Of a DNA stretch of 31,028 bases, positions 8,702-17,304 are shown piece after piece. Source of the stretch: Campylobacterota bacterium. Its GTDB lineage: Bacteria > Campylobacterota > Campylobacteria > Campylobacterales > Sulfurimonadaceae. Both the position numbers and the translations under genes were made by a program. The DNA lies in contig JAYEMF010000139.1 in the NCBI GenBank assembly GCA_034717975.1, forward strand, positions 1 to 31,028, in the 5' to 3' direction. Position 1 is the first letter of the stretch, and the number at the start of each line of letters is the position of its first letter. The notes beneath the pieces are model-generated. The model saw only the letters and a program-made list of their open reading frames with translations. It was not told the DNA's origin and made no database searches.

Positions 8702-10270
8702 CTAGCGTGCGAACTCGATCGCACGGCTCTCTCTGATGACATTGACTTTGATCTCACCGGGGTACTGTACCCGCTGTTCGATCTCTTCGGCGATCTCTTT
8801 AGCCAGTAGGACCGATTCATCATCCGTTACCAGAGCAGCATTGACCATAACACGTACCTCACGGCCTGCATTGATCGCATAGACCTGTTTGACACCCGGT
8901 TTTTCCGAAGCGATCTCTTCGATCTCCGTCACCCGCTTTAAAAAACTCTCAAGAACCTCTCGACGCGCACCCGGACGCGCAGCCGACAGTGCATCTGCCG
9001 CACAGACAGCGGCACACTCGATCGTCTTGATCTCTTCATGTCCATGATGTGCATAGATGGCATTGATCACGACATCATCTTCATTGTAGCGCCGACAGAT
9101 CTCGGCTCCCAGATCGACATGGTTACCCTCATGATCGTGTGTCAATGCTTTACCGATATCGTGCAGCAGTCCTGCACGTTTGGCCAGCAGCGGATCACCG
9201 CCCATCTCTGCCGCCATGATTCCAGCCAGATGCGCCACTTCAAGGGTGTGTGCCAGGGCATTTTGCCCGTAACTTGCACGATAGCGAAGGCGCCCGATCA
9301 GCTTGGTCAACTCCTCAGGCATGGCACCCAATCCAAGTTCATAAAGGAGATCTTCACCCTCATGCAAAATAGAGTCTTCGAACTCTTTGGTCACTTTTTC
9401 ATAGATCTCTTCGATCCGTGCCGGCTGGATACGGCCGTCCTCGATGAGCAGTTCAAGCGTTTTTGTCGCAATCGCGCGTCGGTAAAGGTTGAAGCTGCTA
9501 ATCATCATCGTGTTCGGTGTATCATCTATAATAATATCGACACCAAGCAGCATCTCAAGCGTCTTGATATTACGTCCCTCTTTGCCGATGATACGCCCTT
9601 TCAGCTCATCATCGTTCAGATGGATAATATTGATCAGACGCTCCGAGGCAAACTCTCCGGCAAAGCGAGATGTCGCCTGTGCCAAGATATAGTTTGCCCG
9701 ACGGGATGCATCGGCTTTCGCTTCATTCTCATAACGTCGGACAATGTGTGCCATATCGGCACGTGACTTCTCTTCAACCTGTTTAAGCAGAAGCTCTTTT
9801 GCCTCGTCACGGGTCATCCCGGCTGAGCCTTCAATATGTTTCATCGCCTCGTCAAGACGTGTCTCATAATCGATCTTGAGTTTTTCGAGTGCTCTCTCAT
9901 TACGCTCAGCGGTCAGTCGCTGACTTTCCAGCACCCTGCGTTCATCTTTAAGTTTTTGCTGCTCATCCTGACGGAAAGTTTCAAACTTTTTCTCCTGACG
10001 CTGAACCCCGTCTTCTCTATCTGAAAGATCACGTTTTGCGCGTTCCGCCGCCTCATCATAATTTCTTCTGGCATTGTGTTCAATCTCTTGTGCTTTGAGA
10101 TTTGAACGGTTTAAGAGCAGTTCGGCTTCATTCTCAATCGCTTTGGCTTTTGCTTTGGCCTGTGCTACATATATATCAAAATGTGAAGCTGTCACCTTCT
10201 TAGAAATTAGAAAACCGACGACCCCGCTTATGGTGGCAATCCCGCCGCCTAAGAGTATTTCGTTTAACAT
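8702..10270 (-). CDS. rny: Ribonuclease Y
   Basis: N-terminal TM helix, coiled coil, KH domain (KGRIIGKEGRNI) and HD domain (LLHDIGKA, ADALSAARPGARRE). The start was re-placed at MLNEILL. Confidence 0.97.
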   Translation of the reverse strand: MLNEILLGGGIATISGVVGFLISKKVTASHFDIYVAQAKAKAKAIENEAELLLNRSNLKAQEIEHNARRNYDEAAERAKRDLSDREDGVQRQEKKFETFRQDEQQKLKDERRVLESQRLTAERNERALEKLKIDYETRLDEAMKHIEGSAGMTRDEAKELLLKQVEEKSRADMAHIVRRYENEAKADASRRANYILAQATSRFAGEFASERLINIIHLNDDELKGRIIGKEGRNIKTLEMLLGVDIIIDDTPNTMMISSFNLYRRAIATKTLELLIEDGRIQPARIEEIYEKVTKEFEDSILHEGEDLLYELGLGAMPEELTKLIGRLRYRASYGQNALAHTLEVAHLAGIMAAEMGGDPLLAKRAGLLHDIGKALTHDHEGNHVDLGAEICRRYNEDDVVINAIYAHHGHEEIKTIECAAVCAADALSAARPGARREVLESFLKRVTEIEEIASEKPGVKQVYAINAGREVRVMVNAALVTDDESVLLAKEIAEEIEQRVQYPGEIKVNVIRESRAIEFAR

Positions 10271-10823
10271 CTTTTGTCCCCGTTTTGCCGTAGCACGCCT
10301 GTGGGGTGACAAGCCAGTCAGCTTCAATATCGTAGTGGTCACAAATGTGCTCATCGGAGACACAACGTTCTAGCTGAACAAATAATATAGTGGGTTTATC
10401 TTTTAATCGGGCAAAGAAACGGTCATACATCCCTTTACCAAAACCTATTCTTCTAGCGTCGGCATCCACACCGACAGCCGGTACTACAGCAATATCAATT
10501 TTAGTTATTTTTCTTATTGTATTTCCCGCTTCATATATTCCAAACTGTTTACGTGTCAGCGGTAATCTAAATGGTACCATCTTGAAACTGACACCTTCCA
10601 TAAATGGCAGATAAACCTCGACGTGACGGGGCAGTGACCAGAGAAGTTTACGAAGATCCGCTTCGAATGGCAGCGGCCAGTAAAGAAGAATTCTTTTGGC
10701 ACCGGAGGCATCTATAACAGCTTGCAGGTTTTGCTGAAGCAGTGCTTCTTTATAGCGTTTATTGTGCTTTGATTTGCTTTTGAGCCGACCAAGGCAGTAG
10801 TCTCGAAATGCGCTTTTATCCAT
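10200..10823 (-). CDS. 5-formyltetrahydrofolate cyclo-ligase
   Basis: VVPAVGVD...RIGFGKGMYDRFF and D.YDI.AD. Positioned upstream of rny as in other Campylobacterota. Confidence 0.9.
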   Translation of the reverse strand: MDKSAFRDYCLGRLKSKSKHNKRYKEALLQQNLQAVIDASGAKRILLYWPLPFEADLRKLLWSLPRHVEVYLPFMEGVSFKMVPFRLPLTRKQFGIYEAGNTIRKITKIDIAVVPAVGVDADARRIGFGKGMYDRFFARLKDKPTILFVQLERCVSDEHICDHYDIEADWLVTPQACYGKTGTKDVKRNTLRRRDCHHKRGRRFSNF

Positions 10824-10839
10824 TCTTCACCATTTCCTA

Positions 10840-10847
10840 ATTATAAT
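10840..10847. promoter_or_regulatory. Palindromic ATTATAAT giving TATAAT -10 boxes on both strands (divergent fthC-rny and tlpA-ftsY promoters)
   Basis: Plus-strand TATAAT at 10842-10847 and minus-strand TATAAT at 10845-10840, inside a 57-bp divergent gap. Confidence 0.5.
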
Positions 10848-10880
10848 ACCGAATATTCTATCTTATCTAGAAGGTTATAA

Positions 10881-11438
10881 ATGCTTAAAAAATCGTTTTT
10901 ACTACTATCCCTTTCACTTGTTTTACTATTTCAAGGATGTAGCAGTGACACAGAATCCGAAGCCGATAATGCTATGGTTGCCACAACAGATTATGTTTTA
11001 AAAGACACCGCTGGAGAGACATATACTGTTCATAAAGAGGCAGAAAGTTTCATCCTTAACGAGCATCAAAAAGGTATTGTTCTTTATGATATTTTCGCCA
11101 CCTGGTGTCCACCTTGTCGTGCTGAAGCACCGCATCTTGCAAGTTTACAGAAAAAATATCCAAATGATCTATTGATCCTTGGTATCTCTATAGAGGAAGA
11201 TATTACAGCGGCAAAACTAAACGAATTTAAAGATAAATATGAAGCCGATTACCGTATTACCTACGGCAAGGCCAGTATCGACCTCTCGCGCATCATCGCG
11301 TCAACGATCCATATCGGGCAGCAGTTCCCGATTCCATTGATGGTGATGTATAAAGATGGCAAATACGTTACACATTACGCCGGAGCCATTCCCGAAGAGA
11401 TGATCGAAAGCGATATCAAACAGGCACTGGGACGCTAA
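10881..11438 (+). CDS. TlpA/ResA-like thioredoxin-fold lipoprotein
   Basis: Lipobox LFQGC, FATWCPPCRAE and the cis-Pro loop PIP. Confidence 0.9.
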   Translation: MLKKSFLLLSLSLVLLFQGCSSDTESEADNAMVATTDYVLKDTAGETYTVHKEAESFILNEHQKGIVLYDIFATWCPPCRAEAPHLASLQKKYPNDLLILGISIEEDITAAKLNEFKDKYEADYRITYGKASIDLSRIIASTIHIGQQFPIPLMVMYKDGKYVTHYAGAIPEEMIESDIKQALGR

Positions 11439-11441
11439 GAT

Positions 11442-12584
11442 ATGTTCGGTTTTATCTCCAAAGGTCTGAAGAAGACCGTTGAAGCCATCCATGATGTAGC
11501 ACCAAAAAAGAAAGTCAGACTCTCCAAAGATGAGATCGAAGATATCCTGCTCGAGGCCGATGTCGAATATGACCTTATCGAGATCATCGAACGCGAACTT
11601 TACCAGGAGCAGGTCACCCGGGATCAACTGCGCAGCAAACTGCTGATGACCCTGGCTTATGCCCACTACAGTGAACCGGAGGTTTCCAAGCCCTTTGTCG
11701 ATCTGATCATCGGCGTCAACGGTGCCGGGAAGACAACAACCATTGCCAAGCTGACCAAACGCTATCTCGACCAGGGCGACCGTGTTATGCTTGGTGCTTC
11801 TGATACGTTCCGTGCCGCCGCCATCGAACAGCTGACACGCTGGGCCGACAAACTGAATGTCCCTATTGTCTCTTCCAGGCAGGGTCATGATCCTTCCGCT
11901 GTTGCTTATGATGCGATTGAGTCTGCAAAAGCCAGAGGGTTTGAACACGTTATCATCGATACAGCCGGACGTCTGCATACCCAGAAAAACCTCTCCGAAG
12001 AGCTCAAAAAGATCGTTCGTATCTGCGACAAAGCCCATCCGGGTGCACCGCATCGCAAACTGCTGATCCTCGACGGGACACAGGGCAACTCTGCCATCGC
12101 CCAGGCAAAAGCCTTCAATGAGATGATCGACGTTGACGGAATCATCATCACCAAGCTCGACGGTACGGCAAAAGGCGGCTCAATCTTCAGTATCGCCTAT
12201 GCGCTTCAACTGCCTATCCTCTATGTGGGCGTCGGAGAGCAACCGGAGCATCTCGTTCCGTTTAACAAATACGAATTTGTCGACGGTTTTCTCGATGCGA
12301 TCTTTGAAGATGAAGAGGCCAAGGAAGCTGAGGCTGCTGCCATTGCAGCCAGTACAGTCAATATGCAGGCGTTAAGTGCAGAGCAGCAAAAAGCGCTTCA
12401 CAGCCTTATTTCCCTTCAGGGTTACGATGTGCTCTCTAAACACTTTGTACGTAATCAACGTACCTGGAACGAGTATAAACTCGTTGCCAATGAAGAGAAC
12501 CGGCAGTTTGAGATAGTTAACCGGGATGGGAATGTTCTTCATGCCTATAAGGCAGATTCGCTAGTGGAAAGTGGAAAGGTGTGA
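11442..12584 (+). CDS. ftsY: SRP receptor FtsY with extra C-terminal domain
   Basis: [22 protein letters not shown] and [10 protein letters not shown]. The NG domain ends near aa 289 and about 91 extra aa follow. Confidence 0.96.
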   Translation: MFGFISKGLKKTVEAIHDVAPKKKVRLSKDEIEDILLEADVEYDLIEIIERELYQEQVTRDQLRSKLLMTLAYAHYSEPEVSKPFVDLIIGVNGAGKTTTIAKLTKRYLDQGDRVMLGASDTFRAAAIEQLTRWADKLNVPIVSSRQGHDPSAVAYDAIESAKARGFEHVIIDTAGRLHTQKNLSEELKKIVRICDKAHPGAPHRKLLILDGTQGNSAIAQAKAFNEMIDVDGIIITKLDGTAKGGSIFSIAYALQLPILYVGVGEQPEHLVPFNKYEFVDGFLDAIFEDEEAKEAEAAAIAASTVNMQALSAEQQKALHSLISLQGYDVLSKHFVRNQRTWNEYKLVANEENRQFEIVNRDGNVLHAYKADSLVESGKV

Positions 12585-12726
12585 AAACTTTTTCAATTTG
12601 TCAAGCTTTTAATAATATCTATACTCACTAAAGTACAATGCCTCAAAAGGTTTACTATGACATATTTCCAAGACCATCCACCTCTCTCCTCTTCCCTCTT
12701 CTCTCTTCCCCTGCCAAAGGCACCCC

Positions 12727-14076
12727 ATGGCTAAAAAGAAAACCCTGTTTGAATGTCAGCACTGTGGTTTCACCAGTCCAAGGTGGATGGGTAAATGCAC
12801 CAACTGCGGTACCTGGGATTCTCTGGTCGAGCTGAACGAACAGCAGCAGGAGATCGTCAAACTCACCTCCTCATCATCACCGACCGGCAGTGCCAAAGCC
12901 CAAGCCATCTCCGAGATCAAAGAGGAGGATGTCGAACGCTTCTCCAGCAATGATATCGAACTCGACCTGGTTCTCGGCGGCGGCATCGTTCCAGGTTCAT
13001 TGACACTGATCGGCGGAAGCCCGGGAGTAGGTAAATCTACCCTGCTGCTCAAAATCGGGGCCAATATCTCCACCGGCGGCAGAAATGTACTCTATGTCAG
13101 CGGTGAAGAGTCTGCAGGGCAGATCAAACTGCGTGCCAACCGTCTCGGTGCCATTACAGATTCGCTCTATCTTTTGAGTGAGATCCGGCTTGAGCAGATC
13201 CTGCTTGAACTCGAGGAGCGTCGGTATGATTTTCTGATCATAGACTCGATCCAGACCATCTACTCGGAAACCATCACCTCTGCACCCGGTTCAGTCACAC
13301 AGGTCCGGCAGATCACATTTGATCTGATGCGTATTGCCAAAGAGCGGGGTATTGCCATCTTCATCATCGGGCACATCACCAAAGAGGGTTCCATCGCCGG
13401 CCCGCGTGTCCTGGAGCATATGGTCGATGCCGTACTCTATTTCGAGGGCGACAGCTCACAGGAACTCCGTATCCTGCGCGGGTTTAAAAACCGTTTTGGA
13501 GCTACGAGTGAGATCGGCGTTTTCGAGATGCGCAGCGAGGGACTTGTATCGGCCAAAGATATCTCTTCACGTTTTTTCAACCGCAATAAATCCCAGCCGG
13601 GTTCTGCTCTGACTGTCGTCATGGAGGGGTCCCGTCCTATCATTCTCGAGGTTCAGGCACTTGTTTCGGATACCCACGCGCCCAATCCAAAACGGCAGGC
13701 CACCGGTTTTGACAACAACCGTCTCAATATGCTGCTGGCCCTGCTTGAACGCAAACTGGAAATTCCGCTCAACCATTATGATGTCTTCATCAATATCACC
13801 GGCGGTATCAAGATCAATGAGACATCAGCGGACCTGGCAATTCTCGCCGCTATCATCAGCAGTTTCCGTAACCGTATCATCTCAAAAGAGACCATCTTCA
13901 TCGGCGAAGTCTCCCTGGTTGGCGATGTACGCGAAGTATTCCAGCTCGACACCCGACTCAGGGAAGCACAGCTTCAAAAGATCAGCAAAGCACTTGTAGC
14001 TAAAAAACCGATCGACAAACAGAGCATCAAATGTTATGAGATCGATGAAGTCGCAAAACTCATTGAATGGTTTTAA
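12727..14076 (+). CDS. radA: DNA repair protein RadA/Sms
   Basis: C4 zinc finger (CQHC...CTNC), Walker A GSPGVGKS, the KNRFG motif and a Lon-like C-terminus. Confidence 0.97.
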   Translation: MAKKKTLFECQHCGFTSPRWMGKCTNCGTWDSLVELNEQQQEIVKLTSSSSPTGSAKAQAISEIKEEDVERFSSNDIELDLVLGGGIVPGSLTLIGGSPGVGKSTLLLKIGANISTGGRNVLYVSGEESAGQIKLRANRLGAITDSLYLLSEIRLEQILLELEERRYDFLIIDSIQTIYSETITSAPGSVTQVRQITFDLMRIAKERGIAIFIIGHITKEGSIAGPRVLEHMVDAVLYFEGDSSQELRILRGFKNRFGATSEIGVFEMRSEGLVSAKDISSRFFNRNKSQPGSALTVVMEGSRPIILEVQALVSDTHAPNPKRQATGFDNNRLNMLLALLERKLEIPLNHYDVFINITGGIKINETSADLAILAAIISSFRNRIISKETIFIGEVSLVGDVREVFQLDTRLREAQLQKISKALVAKKPIDKQSIKCYEIDEVAKLIEWF

Positions 14077-14156
14077 GATGAAAAAATAGGCACTCCTTAA
14101 CAGCATGATTAGCTCTCTTATAGTATACTTTCACATAAAATATAAAAAGGGATTAA

Positions 14157-14429
14157 ATGGCTGGTTCATGCATGGACATAGATTACAAAAGTGAAGAGCG
14201 TTACGCGAGAATTTCTATTGCTTACAAAACGGATGAAGAGTATGCACAGATCAACAAAGCACTGGAAGAAGCCCATAAAGGCTACGATCTTGATGAAAAC
14301 ATCTATGTCACTGATATCTCAGATGGTCGCAAGGTGATGGTCGTAGAGTATCATGATGATTATGATCGGGAGTCGGGCACCATCTTTGAAGTATTGATGA
14401 AAAAACTCAATATCACCACCTGTCTATAA
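14157..14429 (+). CDS. Hypothetical acidic protein, 90 aa
   Basis: Good RBS (AAAGGGG) and TATACT box at 14124-14129. No recognised domain. Confidence 0.75.
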   Translation: MAGSCMDIDYKSEERYARISIAYKTDEEYAQINKALEEAHKGYDLDENIYVTDISDGRKVMVVEYHDDYDRESGTIFEVLMKKLNITTCL

Positions 14430-14458
14430 TTACACCAACTCATTTTAAAGGCACATAA

Positions 14459-15133
14459 ATGGTACTGAATGATTTTGCACAGGGAAATGAAGTGTTTCAA
14501 CGTGCCTACTTTAAAAAGCATGAAACTGAGCTCTTAGAACTGGTCAATAAAGGGCAAAATCCTAAAGCTCTCTTTATTGGCTGTTCCGACTCACGTGTCA
14601 TCCCTGACCTTATCATTCAGTCCAAACCCGGTGACCTCTTTGTTGTACGCAATGTCGGGAATTTTGTCCCTCCCTATAAACCCGACGAAGATTATCACTC
14701 AACCGCATCCGGGATAGAGTACGCTGTCAAGGTACTGAACGTCTCAGAGATCATCGTCTGCGGACATACCCATTGCGGTGCATGTAAAACACTTTTTCAG
14801 CCGGTCAATGACCCAGATCTTGTTCACATTAAAAAGTGGCTGGACCTTGGTGAACGTGCAAAGTCAATGGCACTGCTCAGCCTTGGGGCTGATGCTGATC
14901 CTGAAGAGCTGCTTCGTCTTACCGAACGTATGTCTGTCATCACCCAGATCGACAATCTTCTAACCTATCCGTTTGTCAAAGAGCGGCTGGAAAAAGAGGA
15001 ACTCTTTATCCACGGTTGGTACTATGACATTGAAACAGGTAACATTGACTACTACGACCCGGACACCTACCAGTTTTCACCTCTGACAAAACTGGCCGAC
15101 CAGTGCAAAATAAAACTCCCTAACAACCATTGA
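14459..15133 (+). CDS. can: Beta-class carbonic anhydrase
   Basis: Zn ligands in CSDSR and HTHCG, plus GDLFVVRNVGN and HGWYYDIETG. Confidence 0.93.
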   Translation: MVLNDFAQGNEVFQRAYFKKHETELLELVNKGQNPKALFIGCSDSRVIPDLIIQSKPGDLFVVRNVGNFVPPYKPDEDYHSTASGIEYAVKVLNVSEIIVCGHTHCGACKTLFQPVNDPDLVHIKKWLDLGERAKSMALLSLGADADPEELLRLTERMSVITQIDNLLTYPFVKERLEKEELFIHGWYYDIETGNIDYYDPDTYQFSPLTKLADQCKIKLPNNH

Positions 15134-15157
15134 ACATAGACCTTTAATTGCCGATAT
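15131..15157 (+). promoter_or_regulatory. Putative sigma28 (FliA)-type promoter upstream of fliL
   Basis: TGAA-N15-GCCGATAT compared with the consensus TAAA-N15-GCCGATAA. A sigma70-like TACAAT also lies at 15216-15221. Confidence 0.35.
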
Positions 15158-15252
15158 TGTCTGCAGAAAATAAGCAGAAGAGACGGTTTTTAGTCCATTT
15201 TGATATGGCTTCCGGTACAATCTTGCTATAAAAAATAATTTAAGGTAACCAC

Positions 15253-15795
15253 ATGGCTGAAGAAGAGCAAACAGAGGAAGAGACATCCGGCGAAGAGAAA
15301 AAATCCAGTAACCTGATGCTTATCATCGTTATTGTTGTCCTGGTTCTTGTTATCCTCGTTGGTGCAGTTGTCGCAATTTTGATGATGGGCGGCGAAGATG
15401 ACGAACAGGTACAGCGGCGGACACCACAAGCAAATGAACGTCCGGCACATCAACAGGGTGCTTCGTCTGATTACACTGCACCATTGGCCGAAATCGGACC
15501 AATGTTCCCACTCGATACGTTTACGGTCAACCTGCTCTCTGAGAGTGGCCGTCGTTACCTGAAAGTCGAGATGAATCTTGAACTTGGCGGTGAAGAGCTT
15601 GGTGCGGAACTTGACAGTAAAACAGCTGTTGTACGTGACATCGTTATCCGTCTTCTCTCTTCCAAATCTCTCGAAGAGATCTCTACTGCCAAAGGGAAAG
15701 AGAAACTAAAAGAGCAGATCGTCGACCAGCTCAATATGCGTCTGCGTGACGGTCGCATTAACAATGTCTATTTTACGGAGTTTGTCGTTCAGTGA
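15253..15795 (+). CDS. fliL: Flagellar basal body-associated protein FliL
   Basis: Single N-terminal TM helix, F.VNL...GRRYLK, RD..I.LLSSK..EE..T.KGK and VYFTEFVVQ. Confidence 0.95.
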   Translation: MAEEEQTEEETSGEEKKSSNLMLIIVIVVLVLVILVGAVVAILMMGGEDDEQVQRRTPQANERPAHQQGASSDYTAPLAEIGPMFPLDTFTVNLLSESGRRYLKVEMNLELGGEELGAELDSKTAVVRDIVIRLLSSKSLEEISTAKGKEKLKEQIVDQLNMRLRDGRINNVYFTEFVVQ

Positions 15796-16151
15796 TCGGT
15801 ATTGATCTTATTAAAACAGATCGCATGAAGCGCATGATGGAGCGTTTCGGCGATAAAGCCCTTCTTCGTTTTTTATCTCCGGATGAACTTGATTTAGTTA
15901 AAAACTTCACCACTGCAGCCGGATTTTGGGCCGTTAAAGAGGCCTGCTCCAAAGCACTTGGGACAGGTATTGGTTCGAACTGCTCTTTTCATGACATCGT
16001 AATCAGTAAAACAGATAAAGGTGCACCGACACTACACCTTTCACAGAAGCTTATCGATCAATTCAATATAGAAGACAGTTCCGTCTCCATTACCCATGAT
16101 GGTGACTATGCCATCGCTGTTGTCGTCTTGGAAGTTAAAAAGGGATGTTGA
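15792..16151 (+). CDS. acpS: Holo-[acyl-carrier-protein] synthase
   Basis: IGIDL, AGFWAVKEACSKALGTGI, GAP and SITHDGDYAIAVV. GTGA overlap with fliL. Confidence 0.95.
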   Translation: MIGIDLIKTDRMKRMMERFGDKALLRFLSPDELDLVKNFTTAAGFWAVKEACSKALGTGIGSNCSFHDIVISKTDKGAPTLHLSQKLIDQFNIEDSSVSITHDGDYAIAVVVLEVKKGC

Positions 16152-16410
16152 ATTTAAACTTTGGGTTTTTGATGATCTTCTCAACATCACCTTCGCTCTC
16201 TGTCTCTATCTGAACAGGCTGATTGAGCGCCTCACGCTTATTTTTCTCCTCTTCTATCTGATCTACTGCACTATTATCGGTATGAGAAGGCAATGAAGTT
16301 GTATCTTTCTCAGCAGCTTCACCCTTGAGTGGCGGCGGGGGAGTCAGCAGATGCGTGGCATCTTCTGCCAGGAGTAAAGCGGAGATCAAAAGCATTAAAA
16401 CAGATCGCAT
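16135..16410 (-). CDS. Small hypothetical protein with probable signal peptide
   Basis: MRSVLMLLISALLLA leader and a Pro-rich stretch. Follows thiS on the same strand; its 3' end overlaps acpS by 17 nt. Confidence 0.6.
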   Translation of the reverse strand: MRSVLMLLISALLLAEDATHLLTPPPPLKGEAAEKDTTSLPSHTDNSAVDQIEEEKNKREALNQPVQIETESEGDVEKIIKNPKFKFNIPF

Positions 16411-16439
16411 GCTACGCCCTGCCTGGCAATCATACTATC

Positions 16440-16640
16440 TCAACCACCACCGACAAAATCAAGCAGTTCGACTTTATCACCTTCATTAAGCTGGTGCTCA
16501 CCCCACTGCTCCTGCTTGACAATATTCATATTGACAGCGGCTGCCATCACTTTTCCTTCAAGGTTTAAAAGTTCAAGCAGCATCTGTAATGTACTACTTT
16601 CATTCACTATTCTATCTTCACCATTTACTATTACTGTCAC
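16440..16640 (-). CDS. thiS: Sulfur carrier protein ThiS
   Basis: 66 aa with VNGE, AAAVNMNIV, L.EGDKVELL and a C-terminal VGGG. Confidence 0.92.
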   Translation of the reverse strand: MTVIVNGEDRIVNESSTLQMLLELLNLEGKVMAAAVNMNIVKQEQWGEHQLNEGDKVELLDFVGGG

Positions 16641-17167
16641 TCTTTTTTTCCTCGCATATAGTTTTGTAGTTCATTGGCTGCTGCGTGATTTTTCTTTAGC
16701 ACAGCAAAATCATAAGGGGTATAGCCATCCTCATTTTTCACAAACGGGTCAGCCCCCACTTTCAGCAAAAAAGCCACGATCTCTTTTCGACCGCTGAATG
16801 CCGCCTGATGAAGCGGTGAGATCTCATCATCATTCGCCAGATCGGCATCAGCTCCATTGACAACGATAAACTTCACCAACTCCAGGTTTTTCTTTTTAAC
16901 AGCCAGTATCAGTACCGTATTGCCGCGATTATCCTGAGCATTGAGATCAGCCCCTGCATCCAGCAAACATTTTGCCAGTTTCAGATCACGCTTTTTAATA
17001 GCCACATGCAAGGGCGTCAAACCGGCACTGTTCTTGGTATTGACATCATTTCCGTCACGAAGCAGCTGCTCGACTTTGATCTGATCTTCATAAAAGACTG
17101 CCTCATGCAGCGGCGGTTGCGCCATTAACATACTCATCATCAAAACCGTCAGTAAAACATGTCGCAT
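16637..17167 (-). CDS. Ankyrin-repeat protein with probable signal peptide
   Basis: Repeats PLHEAV, GLTPLHVAI, GNTVLILAV, ISPLHQAA and GYTPYDFA, with a hydrophobic N-terminus. Confidence 0.9.
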   Translation of the reverse strand: MRHVLLTVLMMSMLMAQPPLHEAVFYEDQIKVEQLLRDGNDVNTKNSAGLTPLHVAIKKRDLKLAKCLLDAGADLNAQDNRGNTVLILAVKKKNLELVKFIVVNGADADLANDDEISPLHQAAFSGRKEIVAFLLKVGADPFVKNEDGYTPYDFAVLKKNHAAANELQNYMRGKKE

Positions 17168-17179
17168 CCATACCCTTTT

Positions 17180-17197
17180 TGATGTGACATCATAACA
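17180..17197 (-). promoter_or_regulatory. Extended -10 (TGTTATGAT) for the ankyrin-thiS unit, overlapping the palindrome TGATGT-G-ACATCA
   Basis: Minus-strand TGnTATGAT at 17197-17189 and a 6-1-6 palindrome at 17180-17192. Confidence 0.4.
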
Positions 17198-17272
17198 TCC
17201 GTAACTTCGTGGATAGCTGAATAATTTTTACTGCTTCAGAGTCCTCAAGATTCAACTCTTCCGCATATAACT

Positions 17273-17299
17273 TGCTCTCTGCACTCTCTGCAAAGAGCA
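17273..17299 (-). terminator. Hairpin about 20 nt downstream of the last cluster gene, possible terminator
   Basis: Minus-strand UGCUCUUUGCA-GAGAG-UGCAGAGAGCA forms an 11-bp stem with one G-U pair. The U-tract is poor. Confidence 0.45.
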
Positions 17300-17304
17300 C
17301 TTCA

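Noticed and set aside
8698..8823. N-terminal 42 aa of the supplied NagZ ORF
   Set aside because: It is an off-frame reading of the rny 3' end; TTG 8697 or ATG 8649 is more plausible.
9038..9766. 242-aa plus-strand ORF
   Set aside because: Antisense shadow of rny with no recognisable motifs.
10200..10270. 71-nt overlap between fthC and rny as a frameshift or novelty
   Set aside because: Both proteins look complete, and this gene pair is tightly packed in Campylobacterota generally.
10824..10880. 6S RNA (ssrS) upstream of the 5-FTHF cyclo-ligase gene, as in many bacteria
   Set aside because: The gap is only 57 bp, too short for a ~180-nt 6S RNA.
11301..12053. 250-aa minus-strand ORF
   Set aside because: Antisense shadow of tlpA/ftsY.
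12638..12835. 65-aa ORF as a radA leader peptide
   Set aside because: Its ATG lies within the putative -10 box, it has no RBS, and it overlaps radA out of frame.
15792..16151. acpS as a dedicated PPTase of the biosynthetic cluster
   Set aside because: fliL-acpS is a conserved housekeeping pair, so the proximity is probably coincidental, though AcpS may activate the cluster ACP.
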